Positions 1 to 14,400 of a DNA stretch of 64,000 nt are shown here, in pieces; the first letter of the stretch is position 1, and every line of letters starts with the position of its first letter. Where the stretch lies: positions 45,508,001 to 45,572,000 of the forward strand of contig OX597814.1 of NCBI GenBank assembly GCA_951406725.2, in the 5' to 3' direction. Under the pieces are notes generated by a model that saw only the letters and a program-made list of their open reading frames with translations, did no database searches and was not told where the DNA came from. This DNA is from Octopus vulgaris. Its lineage: Eukaryota. The position numbers and the translations under genes were made by a program.

Positions 1-310
1 TCATTTAATGTCCATTGTCCATGCTGGGCATGGGTTGGACGATTTGACCGGGCTGGCACAGTGGAAGGCTGCACCAGACTCCAGTCTGATTTGGCATGGT
101 TTTCTACTGTTGAATGCCCTTCCTAATGCCAACCATTCCACAAGTATAATGGGTGCTTTTACATGCCACCAGCATGGGTGCCATTTGCATGACAATGGGG
201 TGCTTTTACGTGACACCAATATCTGCTACAACTGCAATTTTGTTCGGCTTGATGGGTCTTCTTCTCAAGCACAACTTAATGCCAAAGGTTTCGGTCAATG
301 CCTCTTTGAA
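1..310 (-). mobile_element. RTE LINE 3' end / RTE-tail fragment
   Basis: Reverse complement of the RTE 3' tail seen at 45640-45811 (ttaggaagggcatcca...ccaacccatgccagcatgga), followed by a decayed ORF end. Confidence 0.75.
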
Positions 311-348
311 GACCAACACTCAAAAAGAACTCAGTATATATGCAATAT

Positions 349-498
349 GGCTGTGTGGTAAGTAGCTTGCTAACCAACCACATGGTCCCGGGTTCAGTCC
401 CACTGCATGGCATCTTGGGCAAGTGTATTCTACTATAGCCCCGGGCTGACCAATGCCTTGAGTAGATTTGGTAGACGGAAACTGAAAGAAGCCTGTCG

Positions 499-532
<34 letters not shown>

Positions 533-742
533 CGTGTATGTTTGTGTATCTGTGTTTGTCCCCCTAGCATTGCTTGACAACCGATGCTGGTGTGTTTACG
601 TCCCCGTCACTTAGCGGTTCGGCAAAAGAGACCGATAGAATAAGTACTGGGCTTACAAAGAATAAGTCCCGGGGTCGATTTGCTCGACTAAAAGGCGGTG
701 CTCCAGCATGGCCACATTCAAATGACTGAAACAAGTAAAAGA
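349..742 (+). mobile_element. tRNA-derived SINE family A (internal (TA)n/(TG)n microsatellite)
   Basis: A-box-like TGGCTGTGTGG and B-box-like GGTTCAGTCCC. Near-identical copies at 26932-27341 and 50676-51060. Confidence 0.85.
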
Positions 743-819
743 TTATAATAATATATGTAGAGAGAGTGAGGAGTTTGTCAGTGTTCTAAGACACAAGATC
801 CAATAAAAGGACCAGCCAA

Positions 820-1140
820 GATGACAATAGTATGGTAGATAAAGCAATTAAGAATATGAGGAACAGGGAGGCACCTGGTCCATAAGGAATTGCTACTAAA
901 ATATTTAAACTGTCAGAATAAGATTTGGGATGATCACCTTCATAGTAGACCAGGTAGTTTAAGATGGTGTCATATCCAATGACAAACATAACAGTGTACT
1001 TAATAGGGAAATTACAGAGGTTTTAAACTATTGGGCCAGCTTATGAAGATGAGAGAAAGAATTATAGCATATTTGATTAGGAAGAGAATTAACATAAATG
1101 CAATTTAGTTTTATACCAAGTAGAAGTATTACTAATGTTT
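820..1140 (+). mobile_element. Decayed RTE reverse-transcriptase fragment
   Basis: Aligns by eye to 43340-43680 (KAI..M..G.APGP.GI, NYRG.KLL.Q.MK), with stops and deletions. Confidence 0.6.
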
Positions 1141-1388
1141 CAAACTACTTCCAGCTGTTTAAAATAACACAATTGCAAAAGAAATTATATATTTCATGTT
1201 CTTGTATAAATTTTCAACCATCTTACAGTTTCAAAATAACTGGAATTTCCATAGGTACTGCTAGTTCCTGTAAATATTAGTTATGTAATTAAAGGCAATT
1301 TGTTGGTTTTAGTAAATGTACAAATAAAATTTCTTTTAACTTGTGTCATTATAGTAAATGATTTTCAAAATTTTATTTTCAAACCTAG

Positions 1389-1476
1389 CGTGATGCTATT
1401 CACAATAGAATATGTAACATTATCAAGGCTGCCTCTTTATGTGGTGTCAATATTCTGTGTCTTCAAGAAGCATGGC
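1389..1476 (+). CDS. UPB1: UPB1 exon: [29 protein letters not shown]
   Basis: tag| acceptor, |gtgagt donor, catalytic Glu motif. Confidence 0.93.
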
Positions 1477-2434
1477 GTGAGTTAGCTATTTTATTAATAT
1501 TTAATCTTCATCTTCATCATCAACATTATCATCATTTAACATCCATGTTCCATGCTGGCGGGGGTTGGACTGTTTGACAGGAACTGATGTATATAAGGAC
1601 TGCATTGTGCTCTAATGTCTGCTTTGGCATGGTTTCTGTGACTGGATGCACTTCCTAACACCAATCACTTTATAGCATGGACTGGGTGCTTTTTTGCATG
1701 CCACTTACACTATTGAGATCGTAAGGACTACAGACCCTGGGGGAGGGAATGTGACAGCTTCAGGCTAGGAGACAAGGGAATTACTATGAGAAGATGGTGT
1801 TATAGGGCAGGTTCTTGTAGAGGGATCTGCATGGCTATTCATATCTCATGGGAAAGGGGCAGAGAGAAAAAGATCAGCACCAAGGCACAAACTGAGCAGA
1901 AGAGGGTAGGTGGGCGGTTGAGTTGATGGTTTACAGGATTATATGGAAAGCAGAATGAGGAGATAGAGAGGCAAACTGCCAAAATGGGTAAGGTTGAAGG
2001 GTGAGCAAGCAAAGGACCATGGACTGGGGATGATAGAAGGATACAAAAGAGAGTGGTGAATTGAGCAGCAGAAGTAGTAAAGATGATAAAGTTGCCATGA
2101 GGGAGGACAAGAGAGAGAGAGAGAGAGATGACATGGTTGGGTAGTCTGAGGGAAGCAGAGGTGGGGAGGCAGGTGTAATGCATAAAGGAGGTAGGGAGAA
2201 TCGCTATAACATGGGTGCAGAGCATAAAACAGCTGAGGAGGACGACTACTTCACCTTAGTTGTACTTGTTTGGCAAATGACTTGATCTGAGAGTGTGTAT
2301 TAAAACTGAAGCAATTACATCATGAAAAAACTACTTTAGCCATTTGAGGGCTAAATTTTTAGTCATATTTACTTTCCATTTAATTTCTCAGTAATTAAAC
2401 AAAACCTTTGTCTCATAATTGAAATTCCATTTCC

Positions 2435-2495
<61 letters not shown>

Positions 2496-5400
2496 AATTA
2501 TTTTTATTCTAAATATTATTAATACTTGGTTTTGGCCAAGCTGGAACCATTTCACCTAACTTAAACTGCTAATGCTTTTCAAAAATGCATAAACATCATA
2601 CATTCTTATTCCCTTTTTATCTATTCAAAACCAAGAGAAATTCACCTTTCTCTTGCAGATAACTAAGATAAAAGCTGTTTAATGCACAAGAAACTGTTAA
2701 AATCTCAACTGTATGAGGAATTATTTCCACATACATGTAATAAATTTTCATCAGTATCCATCAATAGGATTCATTGGTTTCTATCAGATCTTTGGATGTC
2801 AGCTGACAGAAACAAAAGTTCTGATATTCATGTCCCCCGCTAAAAGCGATAGTCTTGTAACTGAAATCAAACAATTACAAATGTAATTATAATTGTGTTG
2901 TAAACTATTTTTAAAAAGCATTTCGAAAATTTGATTATTTTCACATACATTATTCTAAAAACTGAACTGATTATTTATTTGGTTTTGATTAGATATGCCT
3001 TTTGCCTTTTGTACTCGAGAAAAGTATCCATGGTCTGAATTTGCTGAGAATGCTACAACTGGACCTACAACCAAGCTGTTGCAACAGGTGATTATTTTCA
3101 AAGATTTTCTCTTAAAAGCTATCACATCCATAAGGTGGTAAGTCAGTGTTGTTGGTACAGGTAAACACCTATATGAACAACAGCTGTTTTTAGAGATTAA
3201 TTTTCTAATGATGTTTGTAGAAATGTAATTTATCACAATATCATTCTTATCTTTGTTTCTTAAAACTGGCAGGAATTTTCAAGTTCCAGTCAGCTGTCAT
3301 TATCATATTAAATGATATATCTTATATAACTATTTATTTTGGATAAAGATTAAGCTTGAAACTCTAACTAACCTTTTGACATTCATAATAAAACTAACTG
3401 AATTAAATGGGTTGTGTTATAAAAATGATAATACAAAGAAAAACCTAGCTTCTTTAATGATTTATAGAAGCTACAATGAGAGCAAAAAGTAACATGAACA
3501 AGGTCAAGTACAGATTGGTTTCAATATTATCAGTCTCTACCACTCAGTTTGAATATTAAATGTGTATTAAATTTGATCTTTATTGATATTTTTTTTTTAA
3601 ATCAAATAAAAAAAAATGATTATATAAAAATATCCAAGTGTATGCATATATCTATTTTGTATTCAATTATCCATACTTTCATGTGTAAGATGGTTTACTT
3701 CATTTTTATTTTTTTATACTGCAGCAAGACATATAAGCTATTGAGAATTGCGATGACCCAAAATACATAGATAGAAAATAAATTATTCATTAATGTCTTA
3801 TTTCTCTATAACCCCAATAATTAATTATTGACATTGAGTCAATAGTTCATTATTGAGGTGATAGAGAAACAAAGTATTTTGAAGATGTGTGACAAGGAAA
3901 ATATTTCAGACTTGAGTGATAGGGTCTGGAGATCTTGAAAATTATATATAAACTAGCAGTATCGCCCGGCGTTGCTCGGGTTTGTAAGGGAAATAACTAT
4001 ATAAGCATTTTTAGAGAGTTATAGCCAAAGAATAGCAAAAAAATGCATTAAAAATGGAAAAAATTATAGTAAATTTTTTTTAAATCGTTGACTCATCGTA
4101 GACATTTTTAGAGAGTTACTTCCCTTATATTAAAAAAATATGCGTTAAAATGGAAAAAACTGATGGTAAATTATTTTTAAAATCGTAGACTCGCGCTAAT
4201 ACCCAGAAGGGCTTGATATGAATCACGACTATAAGATACCCGGTTTTGGTTAAACTGCACCGCAAAATGTGGGAGTAGTTAGGAATCTAAATCGAAGGGG
4301 ACAGACACTCACACAACTACAGTTTTATATATATATATAAATATTACTGGTAGTATTTCTTCCTAAAAGAGGATAAACATAATAGTGATTTATCTTTCAC
4401 TATTTTGCTGCTTAATTTGTTTATTTCTTAGATTATTAGGAATTTGCAATGCTGTATCACAAAAGTAGATAAAACAGATCTCTATCGTTCTCCCCCAACA
4501 CTCCCAAGAAGGTTTGATAGTTTTCTTAACAACTAAGTTGATTGATACAAGGAAAATATAGTGTTCTGTCCCAGTGAAATGTTTGAAGCTAGTTTAAACA
4601 TAAGATACATTGTCTGTTAGTTCATATTCTAGCATTAAAAGAAAACTATTTCTTACTTTTCAAGATTGATGTTGTTTAACCCTTTCGTGTTCAGATTACT
4701 CTGTTAAATGTAAGACTTTTTCACTCAAATCGTTTTGAATTAATCATACATTATCTTTTAGCTTTGAAGTTTCAATGGTATGATAGTTTATTCTTAGAAT
4801 GTCAATGTAGGTTAGGTGTGAGAGGCTAAATATGGCCAGTTTGAATGGAAAAACATGTAGGATATTTGGGCCGGATATGGCCGGCTTAAACACCAAAGGG
4901 TTAAACTCAGGTTGTTCCTCATTGAGCAGCCCTATGATGAAAGAAGCTCCAGCCATAACCATCCAGTCTATTTTGTTCATTCATGACTACAGTATCTAAT
5001 ATGTCCTGTTAAGACCATAGGGTGTGAATTGAAAGAAATTTGACTTTTGTTTATAGTAGATCAAATGAACAGAAGATTCTCATTGGCTCACTTAGTTATG
5101 GTTAAAGGAAGAACTGGAGAGGGTGGAATGCTTAGCATAAATTATTATCAAGAATGTATCATAATACAATTCTAAACACCCAGTCGTCAGTGCTAATGGT
5201 AATGTTTTTATTTTATTTTAAGGGCGGCAAGCTGGCAGAATCGTTAGCACGCCGGACGAAATGCTTAGCAGTATTTCATCTGCCGCTACGTTCTGAGTTC
5301 AAATTCCGCCGAGGTCAACTTTGCCTTTCATCCTTTCGGGGTCGATTAAATAAGTACCAGTTACGCACTGGGGTTGATGTAATCGAATTAATACGTAAGT

Positions 5401-8400
5401 CTGTCCTTGTTTGTCCCCTCTATGTTTAGCCCCTTGTGGGTAATAAAGAAATAGGTAATGTTTTTATTTACATCGATTTTAATCTGAAATGTTACTATTA
5501 TAAAGCTTATTGAAATAGAAATGTTCTCATATTTATTTACACGTTTTTTTTTTAATGTTTCAATGTCTTTCAGATGGCTAAGATGTTCAACATGGTGATT
5601 ATCTCACCAATATTGGAGAGAGATGAGGTTCATGGTGATATCCTTGCTAATACTTGTGGTATGTTCTCATGTTTGAAACATTTGTTACTTCTATATTCAT
5701 TTCATTTGTGGTGAATTTCCCTTGATAACGTAAAGATTACATTAGAGATGTGCCAGTTAGGTAAACTCCCACCCACAGATTTGATTTACTGCCACTATTG
5801 TCAGTGATTAACCATGTGAGCATGCTTATTCGCTGACAGTAACAGCTTATGGCAATATCAAAAGAAACGGCAACACTCTATCAGCCATTTCTAACAAGCA
5901 ATCAGTGTTTAACATCAGGTTATAATAATAATAATAATGAAATTATTGTATACAGTGCTCAGGTGCACCACAACTTGTCAAATGTGCGTATAAAGCATAT
6001 GTAGTAATGTACAAATGTCTGGAAAGTGAACAGTGTATGAGTCAGATACATGCTTGCGTGTGTATGGAGGGGAGAAAATCAGGTGTAATGTTGGCGAATC
6101 TTCGGAAGCATGGAAGTTTTGAAGGATGCAGTGCTCTGACAACTAACAACTGATGCCGGCAGTCTGTTCCATGCTTCAGCAACTCTTAGTGTGAAAAAAT
6201 GTTTCCGAAAGTCATGGGAGCTGTACTGTTTTCTGACTTTGTAAGCATGTCCTCGGGTGTTAGACAGGTGGAGTTTGAAAAGGTGCTCAGAGTTATTGTT
6301 AGTAAGATGGTTAATAATTTTATGGGTTTCTGCCAAGTCAGCTGCCAGTTAGAAGAGTAGTAGTGATAGTTGCAATGATAACAGTAGGACAGCTACACAG
6401 TAACCACTGCAATAACTAGCTTTTACCAATTGTGACCAGCTCAACAGCCTCAACTACTTCAGTTATAACTATGTGCTAAGCTATTACCATGACCAGCTCA
6501 TTGGTGGTGACTTCAATTACAGCTATGCATTAAAATCATTATAAAGATAAGTCAACATTTGTAGCTACAGCTTTACTAGTCAGAACTTTCTACAACATAG
6601 TTTATTAACATACTTCCCACTTTTTTTATGCATAGTTGATGCCAAATCATTGAAGTCTTTTACATGAAACATTACTTTTAGGCTTTATCAGCAAGTATAA
6701 AATATATTTTCCCATTCTGTGATCTTTATAATTTATTCTGCATAATATCTATGGTTGAATTATATTTATTATACATTCATTGTAATTTACCTATATTTCT
6801 AATACATTTACTTTGAATTTTGCAAATATTAATTACAACCGATTCCCTACAAAACACTGAACTTGTGCCTAGTCAGAATAAATTAATTTTTATGAATTCC
6901 ATTGAGCAAAGTTCCTGGTTCCCAGCCATCAAATGATGTGTTTCAGTTATTGTAGTTTACAGTTCTTTTTGCATATTTTATTCATCAGAACCAGGGCAAT
7001 TTAAATAACTATGCACAACAAGTAGCTATATGAAGCAATTCCCTTTAAAGGCTTACACATCTATGATTAATATGTGTTTCTTGGGGCCACTTTACATACA
7101 ACAAAATCTAGTTGCATGTTGTTCATATTTAAAGAGGAGAATAGCATTTTCTTAATATGGGTAGTAATTGTGTCACTGTGCTTTTGAAAAAGTCACAATT
7201 GGAATGACCCTATTGGAGGATGTTTTCAAGGTCTCTCTTCATAGAATTGGTGAATGCTTAGGGTGAGATATGATGCCTGCAGATGACATTTGAGTGCAGA
7301 AAATTAGAGAGGAATGAAGGGTACTTCCATCTATAAAGGGGTGTGTATTGTTGGTGGAGGGCATGTAGTTTTTTTATGTATATGAGGAAGAGTATAATGA
7401 GAAAAGAAAGACAAACCTGGACACACTAAGGTTGACAGTGTGGGTTAATTAAAGCACATGCCATAATGATGCAATCTGACAGAAAACCAGATCCAAGACC
7501 TGAGATAGAAGTAACCTTTTGATACTGTCAATGCATTGGTGATGTTGATACAACAATCTTTTGAAATTTCTTGAGGGTGAAGACTCACAGCTGAGTAACA
7601 TAGGAGAGTAGGTCTTCTGTAGATCTAGCTTCAAAAACGCCATACCAGTTATCATAAGGGAGAGAGAGTCAAGGTATTGGAGAGAAGGTTGTTGGAAGTG
7701 AGTGTGATGATAAGATAGATAAGTTGGAAAACTATATGTTTCATTTCATAACATACCTTACCTCTTGTGTATTGCTTTTGTTTTACATGTATCTTTTATT
7801 GATTAAATTTGTTTTGTTTTTTTATTACTTTAGTGATCATTTCAAACAGTGGCAATATTATTGGAATCACACGTAAGAACCATATCCCCAGAGTTGGGGA
7901 TTTCAATGAGGTATTATTTATTTGTTGTTTATTTATATAACATGCAGAATCTACATCACTAATGCAAAAATAAGAGATAAATAAAACAACTGATTATTAA
8001 GTAATTTTAAATTTATATACTTAAATCATTCTATTATGTTATAATTAGTAAAAAAACCAACTAATTTCAAGTTCCTGTTAGATGGAAAAAAAGAAATTAG
8101 TAAGGTGTATGTCCTCTAATCCCTCTCTTAGCTGAGAGGTCCTAGTCTTGTGGATTCATGGGTGCTGGTACCACATAAAAGCAGCTGTGCTGGTGCTACA
8201 CAAATGCTCTCATGCTGGTGCTACATAAAAGTGCCCATGCTGGTGTCAAATAAAAATGCCCTTGCCAGTGCCACATTAAAAGCACCCAGTACACTCAGTA
8301 AAGTGGTTGGTGTTAGGAAGGGCATCCAGCCATAGGACACTTGCCAAAGCAGACAAATGGAGCCCAGGCAACTCTCCAGCTGGCCAACTCCTGTTAACTG

Positions 8401-11400
8401 TCCAACCCATACCAGCATGAAGAACACGTTAAATGACTGATGATAATTACTTGCTCCTTCCATTTTGCATGTTAAACTTTTGTTTAGATTATTCTACAAT
8501 ATTCTTCAACCAGAGACAATATTGTAGTTGCTTTGAATTTTATATAATAATTGTTATTATTATTTTCAGTCTACTTATTATATGGAAGGCAATACTGGAC
8601 ATAGAGTGTTTGAGACAAAATGGGGTGAGTTATTAACTTTTACTGTCTTTGTAGTTCAGCCAAAAGTGTTAAGTACTGAGAAAGAAATTTTTTTACAATT
8701 GAATGGTTCACCAAAGGTAGCAACAGAATTGTAATAATGACAAGTATTTTATTGTGATGTAGTGGGCAGCAAGCAAGTCATAAAAGGTGGTAATATGACG
8801 TAATGGCCATGTTGCCTGAACAAGTATAATTGTTGGTTTCCCATTGGTTAAAATTACTGCCCATATTTGAATTCTAAACTTTTGTCAAAGAGAATTCTTT
8901 CACGAAATATGGTTCTTAGAATTCAGGTATGAGCAGTTAAAAAAAAACTCTGATTTTGGGAAATTAATCAGTGATTGTTGGTTTTTACTAAACTCCACCA
9001 CACTCACACTAGTGATTTTTGGTTATCACTAGACTTCACGACACTTATGCTAGTGTTTGTTGGTCGTAACTCTCTATGACAAATTGCTTTACTTCTAAAT
9101 GTACTGTAAATATTAAATGTACATAAATATACCAATGTATTAAATATTTTCTTTTTCTTCACTTCTTTCCAACCTGTTAATGAAATTTATTTCTGCAATT
9201 ATGAAACGGTTTTTATAGCGGTAAAAAAGAACACGAACTTAGCTTCAACACACATGCATATTCTACATATCCGTTAAGCGTCTTGATATATATATATATA
9301 TATTTCACTACGGCTTTTATGTAGCTTGAGTTGGGATTTATGTATAGAGATAACACTTATAGTTAAGTTATAAGTGATGGGTTTATCAATATAGATTCTG
9401 TTTGTTTTTCCTAGTTTTAAACTAGAGCAATCAATTTTTATGTTTTTACAATTTGTATTGTAACTAGTTTGAATGCTGTCCACCTCTCATAAGTTTCTAT
9501 AATAAATATCAAATTGACTACAAAAGAAACTAGTTACATGGTTCACAGCTAGCTCCATTCCTACTGTGAGCCCTATCTATTTAGCTTACCAGCACTGCCT
9601 TAAAATAATGTGAAAAGTGACCTTCACCTACTATAGGTTCAAAGCCCTTTATACTTTGCAAGTAGCATTATGCTTTATTCATAGGTAAAACAGCTTGTTA
9701 TCTTAAATCAACCCATCTAAAAATATATAGCACTTCTATTTCATAGTGGAAGTGGTTGGCATTAGGTATAAATCCTGCTAAGATCTATTTTATACTGTTA
9801 ATATTGTAATGGACACAGCGGGAACATTGTAACATTGACAAGTGAGATATTTTTTTATTTGCCTTACATATACTACTTCAAAGCACATTTCTAGTCCCTC
9901 CCCTGTGATCTGCTACTACAAAACTGTGATAAACCTCTGTCTTTCATATAACAACATTTTGCCCCTGGTATCTGTTAGGCAAGTCTTCCTACCTGGTGTA
10001 GTCCACCAAGTTGTTATGTATCCTATTTTCTTTCTTGCATGGTTTTATGGTTGTAGTCTCAGTGTATTTTATCATGCCACTATAAATATAATATTTATAT
10101 CCTTTTTTGTTTTGGGATTGTAAGGTAAAATTGCTGTGAATATTTGCTATGGTCGCCACCACCCTCAGAATTGGATGATGTATGGTGTAAATGGAGCTGA
10201 AATAGTTTTTAATCCATCTGCCACAGTTGGATCACTGAGGTGAGTTTTCATTTGTTGACTTTCTCAGTAATAAATACAATTTTTGCTTTTCTATATCATC
10301 TCCTTAACCCTTTCATTACCTGGCTCTGAGTACAAATATCTTGTTTCCATAAGTTTTGAATTAAAATCTTCCACCAAACCTTAGTCACAATTTATGTGCC
10401 TAACACTAGCCAAATGATAACTAAGTTATTTTACTAAATTCTTTGTTATATTTAAAGTAATTGAAAGAAATACAGAGCATCTCAAAATAAATACAGTAAC
10501 GAAAGGGTCATATATAGTTATTGTTATTTTTTACTGAGAGAAACAATTCTGTAAGAAAAACAATCATTAAGTTAGGAGTAATATATTCAACACAGGGATC
10601 ATTAAAAAGCCAGATAAAAATAATTAGGCAGTGATGCAAACAAATTATTGATCAATGGCTAATGTTTTTATTACTCTGGTAAATATGAGAGATAACTCCA
10701 GATATATGTTGGTTTTGTTATGACCTTAACTATTTCAGCCAATACATTGAACTCTAAGCTTTGCTAAGGCTGCAAGCTGGCAAAACTGTTAGCATGCTGG
10801 ACGGAATGCTTAGCAGTATTTCGCCTGTCACTAAATTCTGAGTTAAAATCCGCCAGGGCTGACTTTGCCCTTCATCCTTTCGGGGTCGATGTAATTGACT
10901 GGCCCCTCCCCCAAAATTTCAGGCCTTGTGCCTATAGAAGAAAGGAACTCTAAGCTTTGCAGATAGGTTATCCTCATCTTCAATGGGCAATTACCTGGAC
11001 CAATGCAACTCCTCCACATCAGATATTCCAGTTGAATAGTGTGGTATGAACGCCTGGCTTGGGTTTTAGTCACATTGGTTTTCCACTAGCTGAAATATTT
11101 CATCTGCACATGTCACAACTACAAATGTTAGCAGTAGTTCTCTAACTAAACCAGTCGATCCTGGCTTTTGACAATTTGTTGTTTGCTTATCCACTCAACA
11201 TGTAGTGATATTCACTACTGATTCAGTAAAATTCATTTGTTGAAATAGTTCAAATCCATCATGCTGCATCCATGATTTCAGTGTACCTTGTCTTGGGTGG
11301 TTACATGCTATTTAACCCATGGCTGGGACCCTAAAAGATGCTACTACACTGAGTCAGAGTAGACTTAGGAATAATAGTGTCTAAGAGAGTGGCTAGTATT

Positions 11401-14400
11401 CCTGAACCAGTGGTTCCACGACTGGATATTGTTTAAAAACTGAAACTTCTCCAGAGTTTCCCCATATTTGCCAAAATAGCCATTCAACACATGAACTCAT
11501 GTAAAGAATCCTGCAAAGCAAATCCAAAAACGAAATATTAGCCATTAACTTATATTGTTTTGGAGTTTTGTTTTTGTTTTTTTTTCCTCACCAAATAATT
11601 ATTTCTTGTTAGTTTACTGCATTAAATATGCCGACTTTAACACTAATGCTTTGATGCTGTCTTCTTTCTTTAGTCAAAACCTGAGAGTATTTATGGTACT
11701 GTTGAGTTTATTAACATTTTTATTAAAAATATATAATTTGCATTAGTACTTTTTTTTTTTTTAAACATTACACTTAAATGTATCCATTAGAAAATCATCT
11801 AACCCTGTCCATATATTCTTGAAATATTGGACACCCTCGTGTTTGTCTTTACTTTAGATATTATCTTACAAGTCAAATTTAACATTATAATAATAATAAT
11901 GAAATTATTGTATACAGTACTCAGGTGCACCACAACTTGTCAAAAGTGCGTATAAAGCATATGCAGTAATGTACAAATGTCTGGGAAGTGAACAGTGTAT
12001 GAGTCAGATACATGCTTGCGTGTGTATGGAGGGGAGAAAATCAGGTGTAGTGTTGGCAAATCTCAGAAAGCATGGAAGTTTTGAAGGATGCAGTGCTCCG
12101 ACAACTAACAACTGGTGCCAGCAGTTTGTTCCATGCTTCAGCAACTCTTAGCGTGAAAAAATGTTTCCGAAAGTCATGGGAGCTGTGCTATTTTCTGACT
12201 TTGTAAACATGTTCACGGGTGTTAGACAGGTGAAGTTTGAAAAGGTGCGCAGAGTCATTATTTGTAAGATGATTAACTGCACAAACTTCATCTCGATATC
12301 TTGATCTTCCCAAATGCAAGAAAAGCTATAGAAGTAATGAAAACTAACTTTTTTAAGATGAATAAAAATAACTGTTCAAAGTCATCATCATTTCATTTTT
12401 GTATGTTTGCTTTTCCATATTGGAATGCTTTTGAATGAGTCATCACCATTTTAGTTCTCATCCAGAGTTACTGCTCTTCTAGATTATCACACTCATACAT
12501 TATATTGTATTTCCTTTTATTTTATTTTAATTTTTCTATTGTAGTGAACCATTGTGGCCTATTGAAGCTCGAAATGCAGCCATAGCAAACAGTTATTTTA
12601 CTTGTGCTGTTAACCGAGTTGGAACAGTAAGTGTGAACTATTTTTTTTTTCAGTGCGTCATAACTTTAATTCTCTCAATTGTTTATTTAAGTAAAGTTGC
12701 TATACTTTTGCCTCAGATGCTACAATTAGATTGATCAAATACTTTTTGACTTCTTATTCATTCCAAACACTTTGTTGTGTATTTGGATAATTCGAAATCC
12801 CTCACTTCTCATAGCTGTTAGGAATAGGAACCAGATCATGTGGAGATGCTGCATGCAGTAGAACAACATCTTATATATTTGTTCATTTAATGTCTATTCT
12901 AGGCTGCCATGGATTGAATGGGGGACTATTTGAGGGAGCATTTTATGGTCAGATGTCTTTTGTGTCAGCAATCCTTGATATTTTTCAAGTAAAGGACTTT
13001 GTATATTCTGCTTGCCTTTGATATTGTAGGGCAATATCAAGGAATATAAACATCACATCACTATTTCACTTAGATGGCAGCAAGCAAAACCCTGAAATAG
13101 CAACATTCACACACACACACACACATGTGTATACATGTGTATATTCATTTAACCTGTGCCAGCACGGTCGTTTACACCTTGTTTAGGGACACAATATTGG
13201 CTGAAGTCTGAAGTAAGTTTGAAAACTTATGGTCATGTGACCAGTAGTCCAGAGCAATTACTTCATAGCCTTGCATCTTAAGTGTTTTTTAATAGATCAG
13301 TTTTCCAATATCATAAAATACTTAATTACTATATACTTCTATTTCTCTATTTGTTTTGTAGGAGACCTTTCCAAATGAATTTACATCAGGAGATCACAAA
13401 CCAGGTATTTAATATCTTAAGCATTTCACTTCAATAGCCAACTCGTGCCAGCATGGAGAACAGATATTAATAGATGATGATAGATTGATTAATTGATTGA
13501 ACAAATTAACAGACGAACCATATTTATTGGTCTTTATTGTTTTTTTATAGTTATCATCATCGTTATTTTATGTCTGTTTGTCCATGCTTGTGCGACTTGG
13601 TGGTGTAGTAAATGGCTGTCAATAGAGTATTGGACAGAATGCCTTGTAGTATTTGACTTTCACTTTACTCGTTGTGTTCAAATCTCGCTGATGTTGACTT
13701 CACCTTTCAACATTGCTGGGTCTTCAAAATAAGTACTTGAATTAATCTATCTCTGCCTATTTTCTGGCCTTATGCCTATATTTGAAATCAATATTAATAA
13801 TTATGAAATTAATATAAGGTGGCAAGCTGGCAGAACCATCAGCATACTGGATAAAATATTTTGCAGCATTTTGTCTCTCTTTACATCCTGAGTTCAAATC
13901 TACCACGGTTGACTTTGCCTTCCTTCCTTTCAGGATCAATAACATAAGTACTTGTTGAGTGCTAGGATCAATATAATTGATCAACCGCCCCTACCCGGAC
14001 TTGCTGGCCTTATTCCAAAAATTGAAACCAGTATTAATTAATTATGAAATCAATATTAGTTACAATCTTAGTAATGAATATCAACTGCATGGAAAAAGTA
14101 AAAGTTAATGGCATGTGTTAAAGATTCAAGTGAGGTCGTTGCCAGTAACGCCTGACTGGCACGTAAAAGCACCCACTACACTCTTGGAGTGGTTGAAGTT
14201 AGGAAGGGCATCCAGCTGTAGAAACTCTGCCAGATCAAGATTGAAGCCTGGTGCGGCCATCTGGTTCGCTAGCCCTCAGTCAATCATCCAACCCATGCTA
14301 GCATGGAAAGCGGACGTTAAATGATGATGATGATGATGAATATAATAATGACCACAGTCTTGCTTCCTCTAACTTGTTTGCAAACAAAATTCGTTGTAAT

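Noticed and set aside
349-420. tRNA gene (also at 26932, 50676 and 16409)
   Set aside because: A/B-box-like heads run into SINE bodies and no full cloverleaf is evident.
320-580. Recurrent [12 protein letters not shown]... ORFs (also 26872-27174 and 50632-50898)
   Set aside because: They are antisense translations of SINE family A, not a gene family.
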